Below are positions 25,315 to 37,332 of a stretch of 64,000 nucleotides of DNA, piece after piece. Source of the stretch: Octopus bimaculoides (taxonomy: Eukaryota); assembly GCF_001194135.2 (NCBI RefSeq), contig NC_068995.1:38881692-38945691 (forward strand), given 5' to 3'. The position numbers were made by a program, and so were the translations under genes. Each line of letters opens with the position of its first letter. The first letter of the stretch is position 1. The notes under the pieces were generated by a model that did no database searches, had not been told where the DNA came from, and was given only the letters and a program-made list of their open reading frames with translations.

Positions 25315-25475
25315 GGCGAGCTGGCCGAATCGTTAATAAACCGGGGAAAATGCTAAGCGGCATTTCGTCTATCGTTATGTTCTGAGATCAAATGCCACTG
25401 GTGTGAATAAAAAGTACCAATTGTTGATTTACCACTCCCCGAACATGGTGGCCTTTTGCCAAAATCTGGAACCTA
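25315..25475 (+). mobile_element. SINE, Meta-like family, internally deleted
   Basis: GGCGAGCTGGCCGAATCGTTA...AAATGCTAAGCGGCATTTCGTC...AAGTACCA...GGCCTTTTGCCAAAAT. Confidence 0.7.
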
Positions 25476-26922
25476 ATTTTTAAGTAGAATAATATAGAAG
25501 CTATATGTAATATTTCCTAGTTTTATATTTAATTCGACCCAAACGAGAGTTTTTTTTTTCTCCATATTGCATCGATACTATCAGATGAAAGAAACTTTTC
25601 CTTTCACAAATCATTTGGGAGGTTCCTTTATGTATCACGCTTTAAAACTTCCTTTCAAACTGCACAGATGTTTCAATAACACTTATGAATGTTTATGGAT
25701 TTTCCAGTGAAATGCCATGTAATTTCAAATATGTGATTATAATAACAACTGTTAATTATAAATAATTATGTCATATGGTAATTATAATTAATTGCTGACA
25801 ATTATGTCATTATTTACGGTTATTATTAATAATTACGTGGGTTTTATATGTTCATGATTTCAATTGAAAGCGATACGTGATAACTTCGGAAAAAATGTCA
25901 GTAAGAATATCCGGTGTCGTAGCAGGTGCTCACATTTCATAGAAGAGAGGGAAATGATAACATTTTTGGTAGCTTCAGAATCAAATGTATTTATAATTGT
26001 AACCTGAATATATTAAGAATGCCAGCATACATAAATGGAACCCCACCCCAAAAATCAAGGATAACCAACTGTCCATCTTCCAATTTTATCCGAGTAAGAC
26101 TGCTATCTCCCTCTCTCCTTCTCTCTCTTTCTCGCTCTCTCTCTCTCGCTCTCTCTCTCTCTCCCTCTGTATGTATATATATATATATATATATNNNNNN
26201 NNNNNNNNNNNNNNNNNNNNNNNNNNNNNNNNNNNNNNNNNNNNNNNNNNNNNNNNNNNNNNNNNNNNNNNNNNNNNNNNNNNNNNNNNNNNNNNNNNNN
26301 NNNNNNNNNNNNNNNNNNNNNNNNNNNNNNNNNNNNNNNNNNNNNNNNNNNNNNNNNNNNNNNNNNNNNNNNNNNNNNNNNNNNNNNNNNNNNNNNNNNN
26401 NNNNNNNNNNNNNNNNNNNNNNNNNNNNNNNNNNNNNNNNNNNNNNNNNNNNNNNNNNNNNNNNNNNNNNNNNNNNNNNNNNNNNNNNNNNNNNNNNNNN
26501 NNNNNNNNNNNNNNNNNNNNNNNNNNNNNNNNNNNNNNNNNNNNNNNNNNNNNNNNNNNNNNNNNNNNNNNNNNNNNNNNNNNNNNNNNNNNNNNNNNNN
26601 NNNNNNNNNNNNNNNNNNNNNNNNNNNNNNNNNNNNNNNNNNNNNNNNNNNNNNNNNNNNNNNNNNNNNNNNNNNNNNNNNNNNNNNNNNNNNNNNNNNN
26701 NNNNNNNNNNNNNNNNNNNNNNNNNNNNNNNNNNNNNNNNNNNNNNNNNNNNNNNNNNNNNNNNNNNNNNNNNNNNNNNNNNNNNNNNNNNNNNNNNNNN
26801 NNNNNNNNNNNNNNNNNNNNNNNNNNNNNNNNNNNNNNNNNNNNNNNNNNNNNNNNNNNNNNNNNNNNNNNNNNNNNNNNNNNNNNNNNNNNNNNNNNNN
26901 NNNNNNNNNNNNNNNNNNNNNN

Positions 26923-26963
<41 letters not shown>

Positions 26964-27061
26964 ATTCCCGAGCGTCAAACTAATACATCCTTTTGTTGTT
27001 TACACCACCTGTCCTCGTCTGTTGTTGTTGTTTTTTTCGTGCATTCTCCCCCACATATATA

Positions 27062-27100
27062 TATCGCCCCAGTATTTACTAAAGGAATACTGGGGCGATA
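27062..27100. repeat. perfect 15-bp GC-rich hairpin
   Basis: TATCGCCCCAGTATT-tactaaagg-AATACTGGGGCGATA. Confidence 0.9.
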
Positions 27101-27938
27101 GAACATGCTAACTATGTATTAATTATAATCTAAGAAGTATATTATTATGAAGTTACCGGTGCAATTATATACAAGCTAATATAAATTTATATGGATACAA
27201 ATTTAAGAAGTTTACTTACATAAAGGCTATTATAAAAATAATAATAATATGATCAGTATGGTAGAACACAATAGAAATAAATAAATAGTTTAATCACTAA
27301 AACCATGATGAAGTATATATACCATATTATCAACAATAGAAATAGAAGATTATATAGTATTTGCTTAATAATTCTATCAATATACACAATTATTTACTTA
27401 TTAGGTGGTAATATAAAGACTGATCACTGTTACTTATTAAAGGACTATTGGGGTGATATAACATGCAAACAATATATCATTTGTAAGCAAAGAGGTATAA
27501 TATACGTTGTAAAATTTCCAGTGCTAATACATACATTATAATATAGTTTTCTAGAGAGAAATAGATAGGACTACTTACATAAAGGACTTTATAAAAAAAA
27601 ATAATATTTTTAAATGTTTGTATTATGTTCATGGTATTTTAGTACGTCCTTTTAATGTTTTATCATCCCAAATTTTTATTACACCAATGTATTATAACTT
27701 TTAAATCTAAAATTCACTGTGTCTCACATCGATATTTATCTATGTATATGTATTTTTATATTTATATATTTGGAATGTTTATATCTGAGTGTGGTTATTA
27801 ATCATGTTCCTCTAGTTTCCGCTTGCATTGCTTCCATTGAGATTATTAAGCGGAATATAGCTCATTTGGAGCACTACAACTCCAGTCTGTATTTTATTTG
27901 CGGGTATTGTTAACACTAGCAATCTCGAAATAAAGCAG

Positions 27939-27981
<43 letters not shown>

Positions 27982-27983
27982 CA

Positions 27984-28190
27984 TCATCATCTTCATTTTC
28001 ATTTCATGCCCGTTTTGCATGCTTGCATGTGTTGGACTGATTAACTGTGGTCTAGTAAAAAGTCAGCGGCTGCACCAGGTCCCAGTCTGATCTGGCAATG
28101 TTTCTACAGTTGGATACCCTCAGAGAGTGTAGTGGGTGCCTTATTACGTTCCACCTGAACGGAGCCAGTTAGCGGGAAGTATTGGCTATG
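27984..28190 (-). mobile_element. retroposon 3' tail ending in (ATG)n, probably RTE-related
   Basis: (CAT)n followed by CATGCTTGCATGTGTTGGAC...CTGCACCAGG...GTTTCTACAGTTGGAT.CCCT. Resembles the GGATGCCCTTCC-type tail of RTE-associated repeats (from recollection). Confidence 0.5.
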
Positions 28191-28889
28191 TAGTTTTCTA
28201 CAGCAAACCGAGTTTTAGAAAAGAAAAAAAACGCATGAACTGCATTGTTGTCGTGTATGTGTATGTTTTTGTATGCGTGCGTCTGTGTTAAACTAGGTAA
28301 AATTAGTATTAAATACGAAACAGTACAAGCAAAGTATTGTGTTGTTTAAGAACTACGATTTGGTATTTGAGACAATTTTCTACATTGCTTTATCTAGACG
28401 CCAAAACTATTCATAACAACATATATTTTGTTGTAGTTAGCCAGTTTGCTACTTCCTGGGACGAATAATGTCATGTAAAGTAATATGAATGGAAGGAAGA
28501 ATTACAGTATTATGTTCTTTAGTTGAAGGATTGTGCAAAATCTCATTTACTGAATGTTAATATTACTAAAAATATTCACATTTGTATTCAGAAAGTATTG
28601 CTTTACCACTCCAGCCTAAGGAAACTACAAACAAAAATGACAACCGTCTTTGAGATATTCTCTTTAAATTCCCTATCGATTAACGTTTTGAAGAAATTGT
28701 ATAACATTAACAGAATACAGTCACGGGACTAGACACAGAGACGAACAAGAGTATATAGAAGTTTCCATTTTTGCCTAAATACAAAACTATCTACACGATT
28801 TTATATGATATTTTATTTTCCTTAACATTTTCGAAAAACTGTGAATGATGTTGATGATATCTTCGATGTTATCTCCACAAAGTTGTCAC

Positions 28890-29240
28890 GTCTTATTGCC
28901 TTTCCTGCATCTCTATCCCTTTAGTGCATTAGGGAGGTAGTACCCCGGCTATTGGTCCATGATAGACTGCTTTGATGATCCGTGTTACTATCATCTCGGA
29001 GCTTTCTACTAACATATGCATACACAGTCTTCTCCTTATATACGCTTATACTTTCATCTGATGATACGTTGCGGTAGAGTCGTGCCACTTCTTTTGGCAA
29101 ATATTTAATGTTATCAGACACTGAATGTTGCTCAAGGAGCTGCTTTCCAAGTCATATAATGTCATCAGCCTCATGTATGGAAACTTGATCATAGAAGCCC
29201 ATCCTGATGATGCGCTGCGGTAGTGTCGTGCGACTTCTTT
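28890..29240 (-). mobile_element. decayed RLE-type (R4/Dong-like) LINE ORF fragment
   Basis: Minus translation DDII*LGKQLLEQH...KYLPKEVARLY...RKLRDDSNTDHQSSLSWT...RDRDAGKAIRRDN resembles the region between the RT and CCHC domains. The assignment is inferred. Confidence 0.45.
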
Positions 29241-29262
29241 CTATGTATCTATGTACGTACGT

Positions 29263-29306
<44 letters not shown>

Positions 29307-29719
29307 CACACACAAACACACATACAGACACAAACACACATACAGACACACACATACATATATACATAGACACACTTACAAACATAGATAAAGAAAGAAG
29401 ATAGTTAGCTTAAATTATAAAAATCAGTATTCTTAGAAAAATACAATACTTAATACGAATATTTACATGNNNNNNNNNNNNNNNNNNNNNNNNNNNNNNN
29501 NNNNNNNNNNNNNNNNNNNNNNNNNNNNNNNNNNNNNNNNNNNNNNNNNNNNNNNNNNNNNNNNNNNNNNNNNNNNNNNNNNNNNNNNNNNNNNNNNNNN
29601 NNNNNNNNNNNNNNNNNNNNNNNNNNNNNNNNNNNNNNNNNNNNNNNNNNNNNNNNNNNNNNNNNNNNNNNNNNNNNNNNNNNNNNNNNNNNNNNNNNNN
29701 NNNNNNNNNNNNNNNNNNN

Positions 29720-29755
<36 letters not shown>

Positions 29756-30086
29756 ATATGTAATATTTTTGTGTGTAAAATTATATAGAAATAAATTTTA
29801 ACATTAATGTACAGGACATCTGAATATTTGTACTAAGTGTCTTATTTTTAAAGAAAATTGCTTTTGAACTTTTTGCCTATTTGTCATCGGATAATCTGGT
29901 GACATTACCTAAACCAAACTTGAAAATTCACTGTTAATTTTCTTTCCTGTGAAAATGCATAATCTAGACTTAAATAGAATTATTGACTGTAATACATATC
30001 AACAATACCATGGTATTCAACTGTGTTCTTTTAAAATTACTTAACAAAACCTTTATCAGTTTCCCCTCACGCACATACATCTGCGT

Positions 30087-30305
30087 GGATGTGCGTGGCA
30101 TAGTGCTTAGTGCGTTGAAATCATGATCGTAAGATTGTGTTATCGATTCCTGGACTGGGCGACCTATTGTGTTGTTGAGAAAAACATTTCATTTCCCGTT
30201 GCTCCAGCCCAGTCAGCTGGCAAAAATGAGTAATACAACGACGGACCGGCGTCCTGTTCAGATGGGAAGTTTATACGCCATGAAACATGGAAAACGGCCA
30301 TTGTG
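30087..30305 (+). mobile_element. CORE-like SINE
   Basis: TGGCATAGTGCTTAG (A box), TCGATTCC (B box), AAAACATTTCATTTC.CGTTGCTCCAG.CA.TCAGCTGGCAAAAATGAGTAA; tail shared with the 47.4 kb copy. Confidence 0.8.
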
Positions 30306-31762
30306 TCGATATCACTCACGTAGGTAACTTTAGCTTTAGTTTATCACATACATTACCCAAGTGCAATACACACTTATATGGACAACAAAGCATTTAGTAT
30401 AAACAACAAAGATAGATGCTCTAACTGGGTGAATCTCTCAGCAGTCTTTCAAATCTCCGCAACTATATACCTCTATCCCTATCATAGTTTGATCCAGTAG
30501 TGAACGAATGTTGTGACAGTGGAGTGAGACAGAGTTGCACCAGCATGAACATGTTACATATTTTCAGCAGCTGGCTAAACTGGAAATGAGAATAGCCTGA
30601 ATTCGTGACATATAATTAAACGTCACGAAAAATATATACCTCTGATCGCGATACGTAATAGCTTTATTTGTAAGGCGTCATTTTTTTTTTCAAGTCTAAA
30701 GCGAACGGTCCATCCCTGATCGATTTATATTACAAATATTCGTGACGTTTGCAAGCGCTATTATATTTTGTAATCTAACACGTAACTGTTTTTCTGTCGA
30801 AAATGAATGGCAAGGTAAATCACCATTGGAATATCTACGTCCAGCGAAGTAGCTTGTAATTGTTACATATGTTCGTTACGTGATATATTTGACACCCATT
30901 TTGCGAATTACATTATTCCACATAAACATAAAATCATATATCGCCGATCTGTTGAATCCCCGTACCCATTTAGTGTCTAAATATCTAATTTAGTTGAAAT
31001 TCCGAGGAAAACTATTTCCCTTCTCCTTCGCTTTACTCTATCACTGCATATGCTTGTGTCCGTGCGTGTATGTTAATGTTACTGTGCATACGTGCTTAAC
31101 TGCCTCAGTTTCTTCTCGAAAGGGATCACATATTTAACCACATAACTCCCACATTCCATATTAATATATTTTCACTGCCAAAGTATCATACAAAGTGAAG
31201 CGAAGTTATAGTTGCGAAGCAACGTAATATAAATTTCTGAATCATTTCTTTGAGCGAATTACCATTTAAATTAGGTTGCATTGTTTCTTAACAAAGAATA
31301 AGTAAAAGATAACTGAGAGAAGAATTGCATTCACTGAAGATATTCAAATACCATTTCCAATGTACAACACTTGAATCTTGATTTAAATTTCACTAATAAT
31401 TGCATAAGAAATTTGTATTGCACAGTTATTTCCTCAACGAAATATCGTTAAAATACGTCCTTGCATTATGCGAATGTATGGTTTGTATTGTTTTGCTATT
31501 GCTTGGCATCGTCAAACTTTACATCCAACATCACCACTACCGTATAAACAGGTCCTATTTTCAGCACAACCACCGACAAAATAACCCAACCTACCAGAAA
31601 TGCGGCAAACACCACCATCACCGCCACCACCAAAACGAACTTAACTAAGACCATCATCATCATCACTAACACCTCGTTATTCTTATTGTTGTAGACGTTG
31701 TTGTTGCGTTTTAGAAATAATACATTTCTAAATCTCTCAGAGATTTATGCAGTAGTGATACG

Positions 31763-31982
31763 ATGAAGTAGTCGTATGCTGTCAACTGAATGTGACAATC
31801 CCCTGAAGGGAATATACTACTGTTGGTTAGACCTAGGAAGCTGCACCGCTTCCTGTCTGCCTTCACACATTTCCTGTGTCTTCTTGTAAACATAAGGACA
31901 CAGGTAATGTGTCAAGGCCAACATTAGTATTATTCCCTTCAGAGGACTGTCACATTAAGTTGACAGCATACAACTACTTCGT
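31763..31982. repeat. branched fold-back: ~70-bp inverted arms enclosing two inner hairpins (MITE-like)
   Basis: Outer arms 31763-31832 and 31911-31982 (~85% by eye); inner AGGAAGC/GCTTCCT (31835-31854) and CACATTTCCTGTGTCTT/AAGGACACAGGTAATGTG (31866-31911). Confidence 0.85.
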
Positions 31983-32609
31983 CGTCGTTGTTGTTGTTGT
32001 TGTAGTTGTTTTTGTTGTTGTGATGGTGCTGGGATGTGGCGGTGGCGTTGGGGTAGTGTTGGTGGTTGCTGTTTTTCATGCTGCAACTGATGGATGTGAT
32101 GGTGGTGGTGACAGCATTAATTCGTTCGAGTCAGTCGTTAGTTTTGCTTTATTTTTATCTCTTTGAAAATTCTAGTCCCGATAATATTCTTATCTCACTT
32201 ACATAAACTTCCAAAGATTCAGATGTGCTGCTCAGTTTTTCCGAATGTTTGCTATTCGAAGTGGAATTTGTGATGTATTTCCATGAAATTATCTCATACC
32301 TTTAGAATATTTTTAAAAATACATTGCATATAATTATTTGGCAGATGTAAAGCGAGAGAAATTATAGAGTGGAAGAGTTGCCCTTCTCGTATTAAAATAA
32401 AGCACCACGTAACCATGGATGACGATCGAGACAACACCGAACGGAAAATAAAACTGCAACAATCATAAAATGTAAATAATTAAAACAATAATAGAAATAA
32501 CAATAATAGTAGCAGTATCTCTATCGCTGGAAACACTATAACAACACACTGTAGCATTTGAAACAAAACCACCACAAACACTATCTTCCTATTAATAAAC
32601 AGTTCTTTC

Positions 32610-32805
32610 TACTTTAGGTAGAAGGCCTGTTATTTGGGCAGGGGTAGTTGATTACATCGACCCCTGTGTTCAAATGGTTCTTATTTTATCGATTCCGAAA
32701 CGATGGAAGGGCAAATTTGACGTCGGTAGAATTTTAACTCAAAATGTAATGACGGACAAAATGCGTCTTAACATTTCCCCCGGCTTAATGATTCTGCCAG
32801 CTCAT
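32610..32805 (-). mobile_element. SINE, Meta-like family
   Basis: Plus strand GATTACATCGACCCC...GATGGAAGGGCAAA...GGAATTTTAACTCA.AA.GTAA...CTGCCAGCTC. Confidence 0.75.
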
Positions 32806-33109
32806 CGCATTCCCCTATTAATAAATAATAGTTTCAAATTTGATTTAATGTTCTAATGTTTTATACAAATTTCACCTCTACTAATATAGAAAAACAGTAA
32901 GTAGCAAATCACTGGCGTTGTAAATAGCTGGTGGGCCGGGTAAGCATTCGCTGTTATTAACCGAAGAAAGAGTGGTTCACAATATCATTATGTATATCTT
33001 ATTTAAAATGAATATACATATTGGAAGCCACAAAACTGAAGTATTCGTCTTGAGAAAGCTTCGCATATAGACTTATAGTGATTAAAGGTTTTTCAGAAAA
33101 AGTCCATTT

Positions 33110-33243
33110 TAGTGGAGTGGTATGCGATTACATCAACCCCTGTGTTCAACTGGTACTTATATTATCGATCCTGAACGGATGAAAAGCAAAGTTGATTTGG
33201 GTGGAATGCGAAGTCAAAATGTAATGACGGACGGAATGCTACC
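33110..33243 (-). mobile_element. SINE, Meta-like family (partial)
   Basis: GATTACATCAACCCC...CTGGTACTTAT...ATCGATCC.GAACGGATGAAAAGCAAAGTTGA. Confidence 0.72.
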
Positions 33244-33837
33244 TATGAATGAATGATAACAGAAGCAACGATAACAGAAACTGCACTAGCAATACTAAGA
33301 TCTGCAAAACAACAATAATCACATAAGCAATAAGTAGGTTTCATCTCCTAGAATAGCCCACACAAGGACGCTATAGAGCCTTCCTCATAGATGTATGAGA
33401 AATAAAGCGATAATAGTAGAGCTTGCATTCCTCCTGAACTTCAAGGTCCAAAAGTTATATATCGCTGCTTGCGATAAAATTTTTTTCGGCTGGAAAAAAA
33501 ACCTTCTAAAGAATGGGTAGAAAGGAGGTCTTTGCATTGTATGATAAAACATTCAACATATATTTTTAGGCAAGGTATGTAAAGAGAATAATATGTATAG
33601 AATTCTTTCATGTTACACAATCATTTATATTCACGAGGTGTTTGAATGCATAGTGTTCAAACGATTATAATAATAGAATGAATGTAACACCTTTACCATC
33701 TCGATTCTTGACTAGACAATATTTCACCCAGCAACTATAACATTTTCCCTGAAACGTTAGATTTTATGGAACGATTATCTTTAAATAAATCTATCTGTTA
33801 AGATGCAAGATCTTTCGGATTTCTAAATCCCTTTAAT

Positions 33838-33882
<45 letters not shown>

Positions 33883-36359
33883 ACATGTGTGTATGTATGT
33901 ATGTGTAAATGTAAGTTTACATATAAACACATTCACACATGTATGTACGTGTATATGTGTATATTTTTGATGGCTAGTGTAAGAATTCAAAATATAATAT
34001 TCCAAATATCCAATCATATGTTTTTCATGGTACACAATCTTCTACTTCCTTTTTTAATATATTAAGTTCGAAAGCAGCTAACTTAATAGTTTTGAAAACA
34101 ATATTGCTTCCATTTATTATTCAGCCTCTTTCCATTAAACCAAGACGTCTGGCCCTATAATATCAATTTTTAGTTTTCCCAATTATTCAGAGTTTAACTT
34201 TACTTGAAGAATCTATATTCATTCTTATACATTGCATTAAACAAATTCTTGAGTGTTAACGTTAATGCTTAGATAATATTTTACGAATAACCTTTATTTG
34301 ACAATTTTATCCAGGTGCCATCCACAGTTTTTGTGAATTATTTTTTTTCCTTCCTTCGATACGTATAGTATGTAGATAATTTTATTCAAATTCAGATATA
34401 ATCACGTGCAAATAAATGCCTGGCAAAGATAAAATTTATGATGTGAATTTTCATATAAACTGGAAAATAAATTCCATTCACATTTACACTACAATGACTT
34501 TATTGTTAACTGTTTCTTCTAGTAATTGTTGTTCTTCAATAGCTTATTTATCGCACTATCACACAAGCGTGAATAAAAAGGCGTCAATGCAAAAATATTT
34601 CACGCAAAATTATATTGAGATATTCAATAAAGAATGCAGTTTTAAACGTTCAAAGAACAATAAAGTCCCGATCATAAATCCACTATATCATACATGAATA
34701 AATATTATGAATTAGTTTCATAATTACAAAAAGCGCCATTTAAACACAACATCCACTAAATATGTAAAATCTTTGCAGTATTAATTTATTCATAAATGCG
34801 CTATTCTGGGAAAGATATTATTTAATGAAATATATTGTTTGGTATGATGTTTTTCTGAAGAGAATTTTAAAGTTGAAATTTCTCTATCTTAAAATATATT
34901 CCCTAAAATGGTGATTCATAAGTATCCATTCTCTAAAAATTTCGATGACGTATACAGTAAATAAAATCGATAGTACTCTATACATAACCCAATATTAGAC
35001 AATACTGCAGGTATTAGGCGAATGTATTGCTTACATATAGTAAACAAGTAACTTTCGCTGATAAAAATGAATCTTTGTAGTCTGCTTTATGTTAGAACGT
35101 TAGTATAGATATGCACTAGTTATTAATGGTAACGAGATTCGATGTACCGACGTATCTACCCATCATTAAGTGACTGATTACTCGTTAAATTATTGGAAAA
35201 AAATTTAAATAACAAACCTATTTATTCAGCTGGAAACATATTGATTTTGCGCTGGTTGCGTTAAATAATCTTATGTCAGTCTGCACACTGCAAAATCATT
35301 TCTTCACGCTCAATCTGAACACGTTGTACATGATTCAACAGGACTCAAGTCATATCATTCAGTATTATTAAAACTGCCGCAAAACTGAATACACTGTCTA
35401 TTGTGTAATATAACGCACACTCATGGAGATAAAACAACTACTTCATCTCCTCAGTGCAATTTAATTGCAATGAATTTGCATACGTTAAATTACAGTCGTG
35501 TAACAGTTATTTTTCATGTGTCTAGCTGGCGTTGCAGATTCGATTTCTGGTAAAACAAAAAAAAGCAAAAACACATTGTTTGTACCTAAGGCAAGAATCA
35601 CCTTGACGAAGTGATGAAAACCATGGCATATTTCCCAAACCGGGACACAAGATTAGCTTTTGTTATCTGGCAATAGATTAAACTATTCTAACTTACATTA
35701 ATGTAGCTATCCATCTTTATGCCACATTACATTTGACAAATTTATGACACAAAGGTTTTTTGATACCCTTTCCAATGAGCCTTACTATAGTTACCAGAGT
35801 ATTGTGTAATAATTTATAATTTATATAAAAGGTAACCGTATAATTTACGCTGACGTGAGAATAATGTAAGTAATGCGGAATGATTGATGTGCCCTTGGTA
35901 GAGGTATATTTTGGAATATACTTGCTTGCAAACTTGTCACAAATGTAATTCCATTATCAATAGAGAAAGGCGAATTAAAGGTTGTTTAAAGAATCCCCAG
36001 AAAACAATAAAAAAATAAAGTTTCAAATCGATTGACTTTCAATTCAATCAAAGTTTCAAATCGATAAAGTAACTGATTTCGTAGTCAATAATTAAATGAA
36101 ATTATACATATATATATATATAAATATACCAGCTGCGGTGTCTTTTAACCAAATAACTATACCCTGAAAATGATTCATTTAACTTATTCACATAATTGGC
36201 AGTGAAAGGCGTATCCAAGCTTTATTCCTTTAGACTTTTCTGCTGAATATAAAAGGAATGGATATACGCTTTATCTATGTTCGTGACTATTTATATATAT
36301 AATCTGTATAACACAGACACACATACATATGTATATATATATTTATATTATAATAAAAA

Positions 36360-36578
36360 GGGTAAAGGTTTATTAATTTATTAATAAATCAACAATTAAT
36401 AATTTTTACCAAGCCCTTCGGTATGTAAACACCATTATCGGTGGAGAACTTATTTAAAAAGTTCTTATACATTTATAAACATAATTAAGGGATCAGCAAA
36501 CATTTGCTTCACCACATACCGAAGTTCAGAAATAGCAGCTAAAAAAGGTGAAGCAAATGTTTGCTGATCCCTTAATTA
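36360..36578. repeat. Penelope-like terminal fragment with perfect 32-bp inverted repeat
   Basis: Arms 36482-36513 and 36547-36578 (running into the gap). The spacer starts ACATACCGAAG, an inverted copy of 36416-36426. The minus strand carries CCGATAA-TGGT..ACC-GAAG, a hammerhead-like variant. The IR is seen directly; the PLE call is inferred. Confidence 0.5.
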
Positions 36579-36941
36579 NNNNNNNNNNNNNNNNNNNNNN
36601 NNNNNNNNNNNNNNNNNNNNNNNNNNNNNNNNNNNNNNNNNNNNNNNNNNNNNNNNNNNNNNNNNNNNNNNNNNNNNNNNNNNNNNNNNNNNNNNNNNNN
36701 NNNNNNNNNNNNNNNNNNNNNNNNNNNNNNNNNNNNNNNNNNNNNNNNNNNNNNNNNNNNNNNNNNNNNNNNNNNNNNNNNNNNNNNNNNNNNNNNNNNN
36801 NNNNNNNNNNNNNNNNNNNNNNNNNNNNNNNNNNNNNNNNNNNNNNNNNNNNNNNNNNNNNNNNNNNNNNNNNNNNTATATATATAAGTGAGAAGACAAA
36901 CAGATATAGAGATCGATAGACAGATAGATAAATAGATAATA

Positions 36942-37332
36942 TTATTCTTTTATTTGTTTCAGTCATTTGACTGCGGCCATGCTGGAGTACCGCCTTTAGT
37001 CGAACAAATCTGACCCAGGACTTATTCTTTATAAGCCAAGTATTTATGTATTTATTCTATCAGTGTATTTTGCCGAACCGCTGCTTACAGGAATGCAAAA
37101 ACGCCAATATCGGTTGTCAAGTGATGGGGGAGGGACAGACACAGACACACAAAGATTTCTATTTATATATATATATATATGTATATATGTCTACCAGATC
37201 TACTCACAAGGCTTCGGTCGTCCCGAGGCTATAGCAGAAGACACTTGCCCCAGGTGCCATGCAGTGGGACTGAAACCGGAACCATGTGGTTGGTAAGCAA
37301 GCTACTTACCACACAACCACCCCTGTACCTAT
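36942..37332 (-). mobile_element. SINE (OR-like family), full length
   Basis: Reverse complement of the 41133-41546 copy: tRNA-like head, central (TA)n, and tail TTTGTTTCAGTCATTTGACTGCGGCCATGCTGGAG.ACCGCC. Confidence 0.88.

Noticed and set aside
29058-29239. Two CTGATGA motifs as hammerhead ribozymes
   Set aside because: No GAAA follows the putative stem II (GCCAC and GCGAC instead); better explained as antisense of a LINE ORF repeat.
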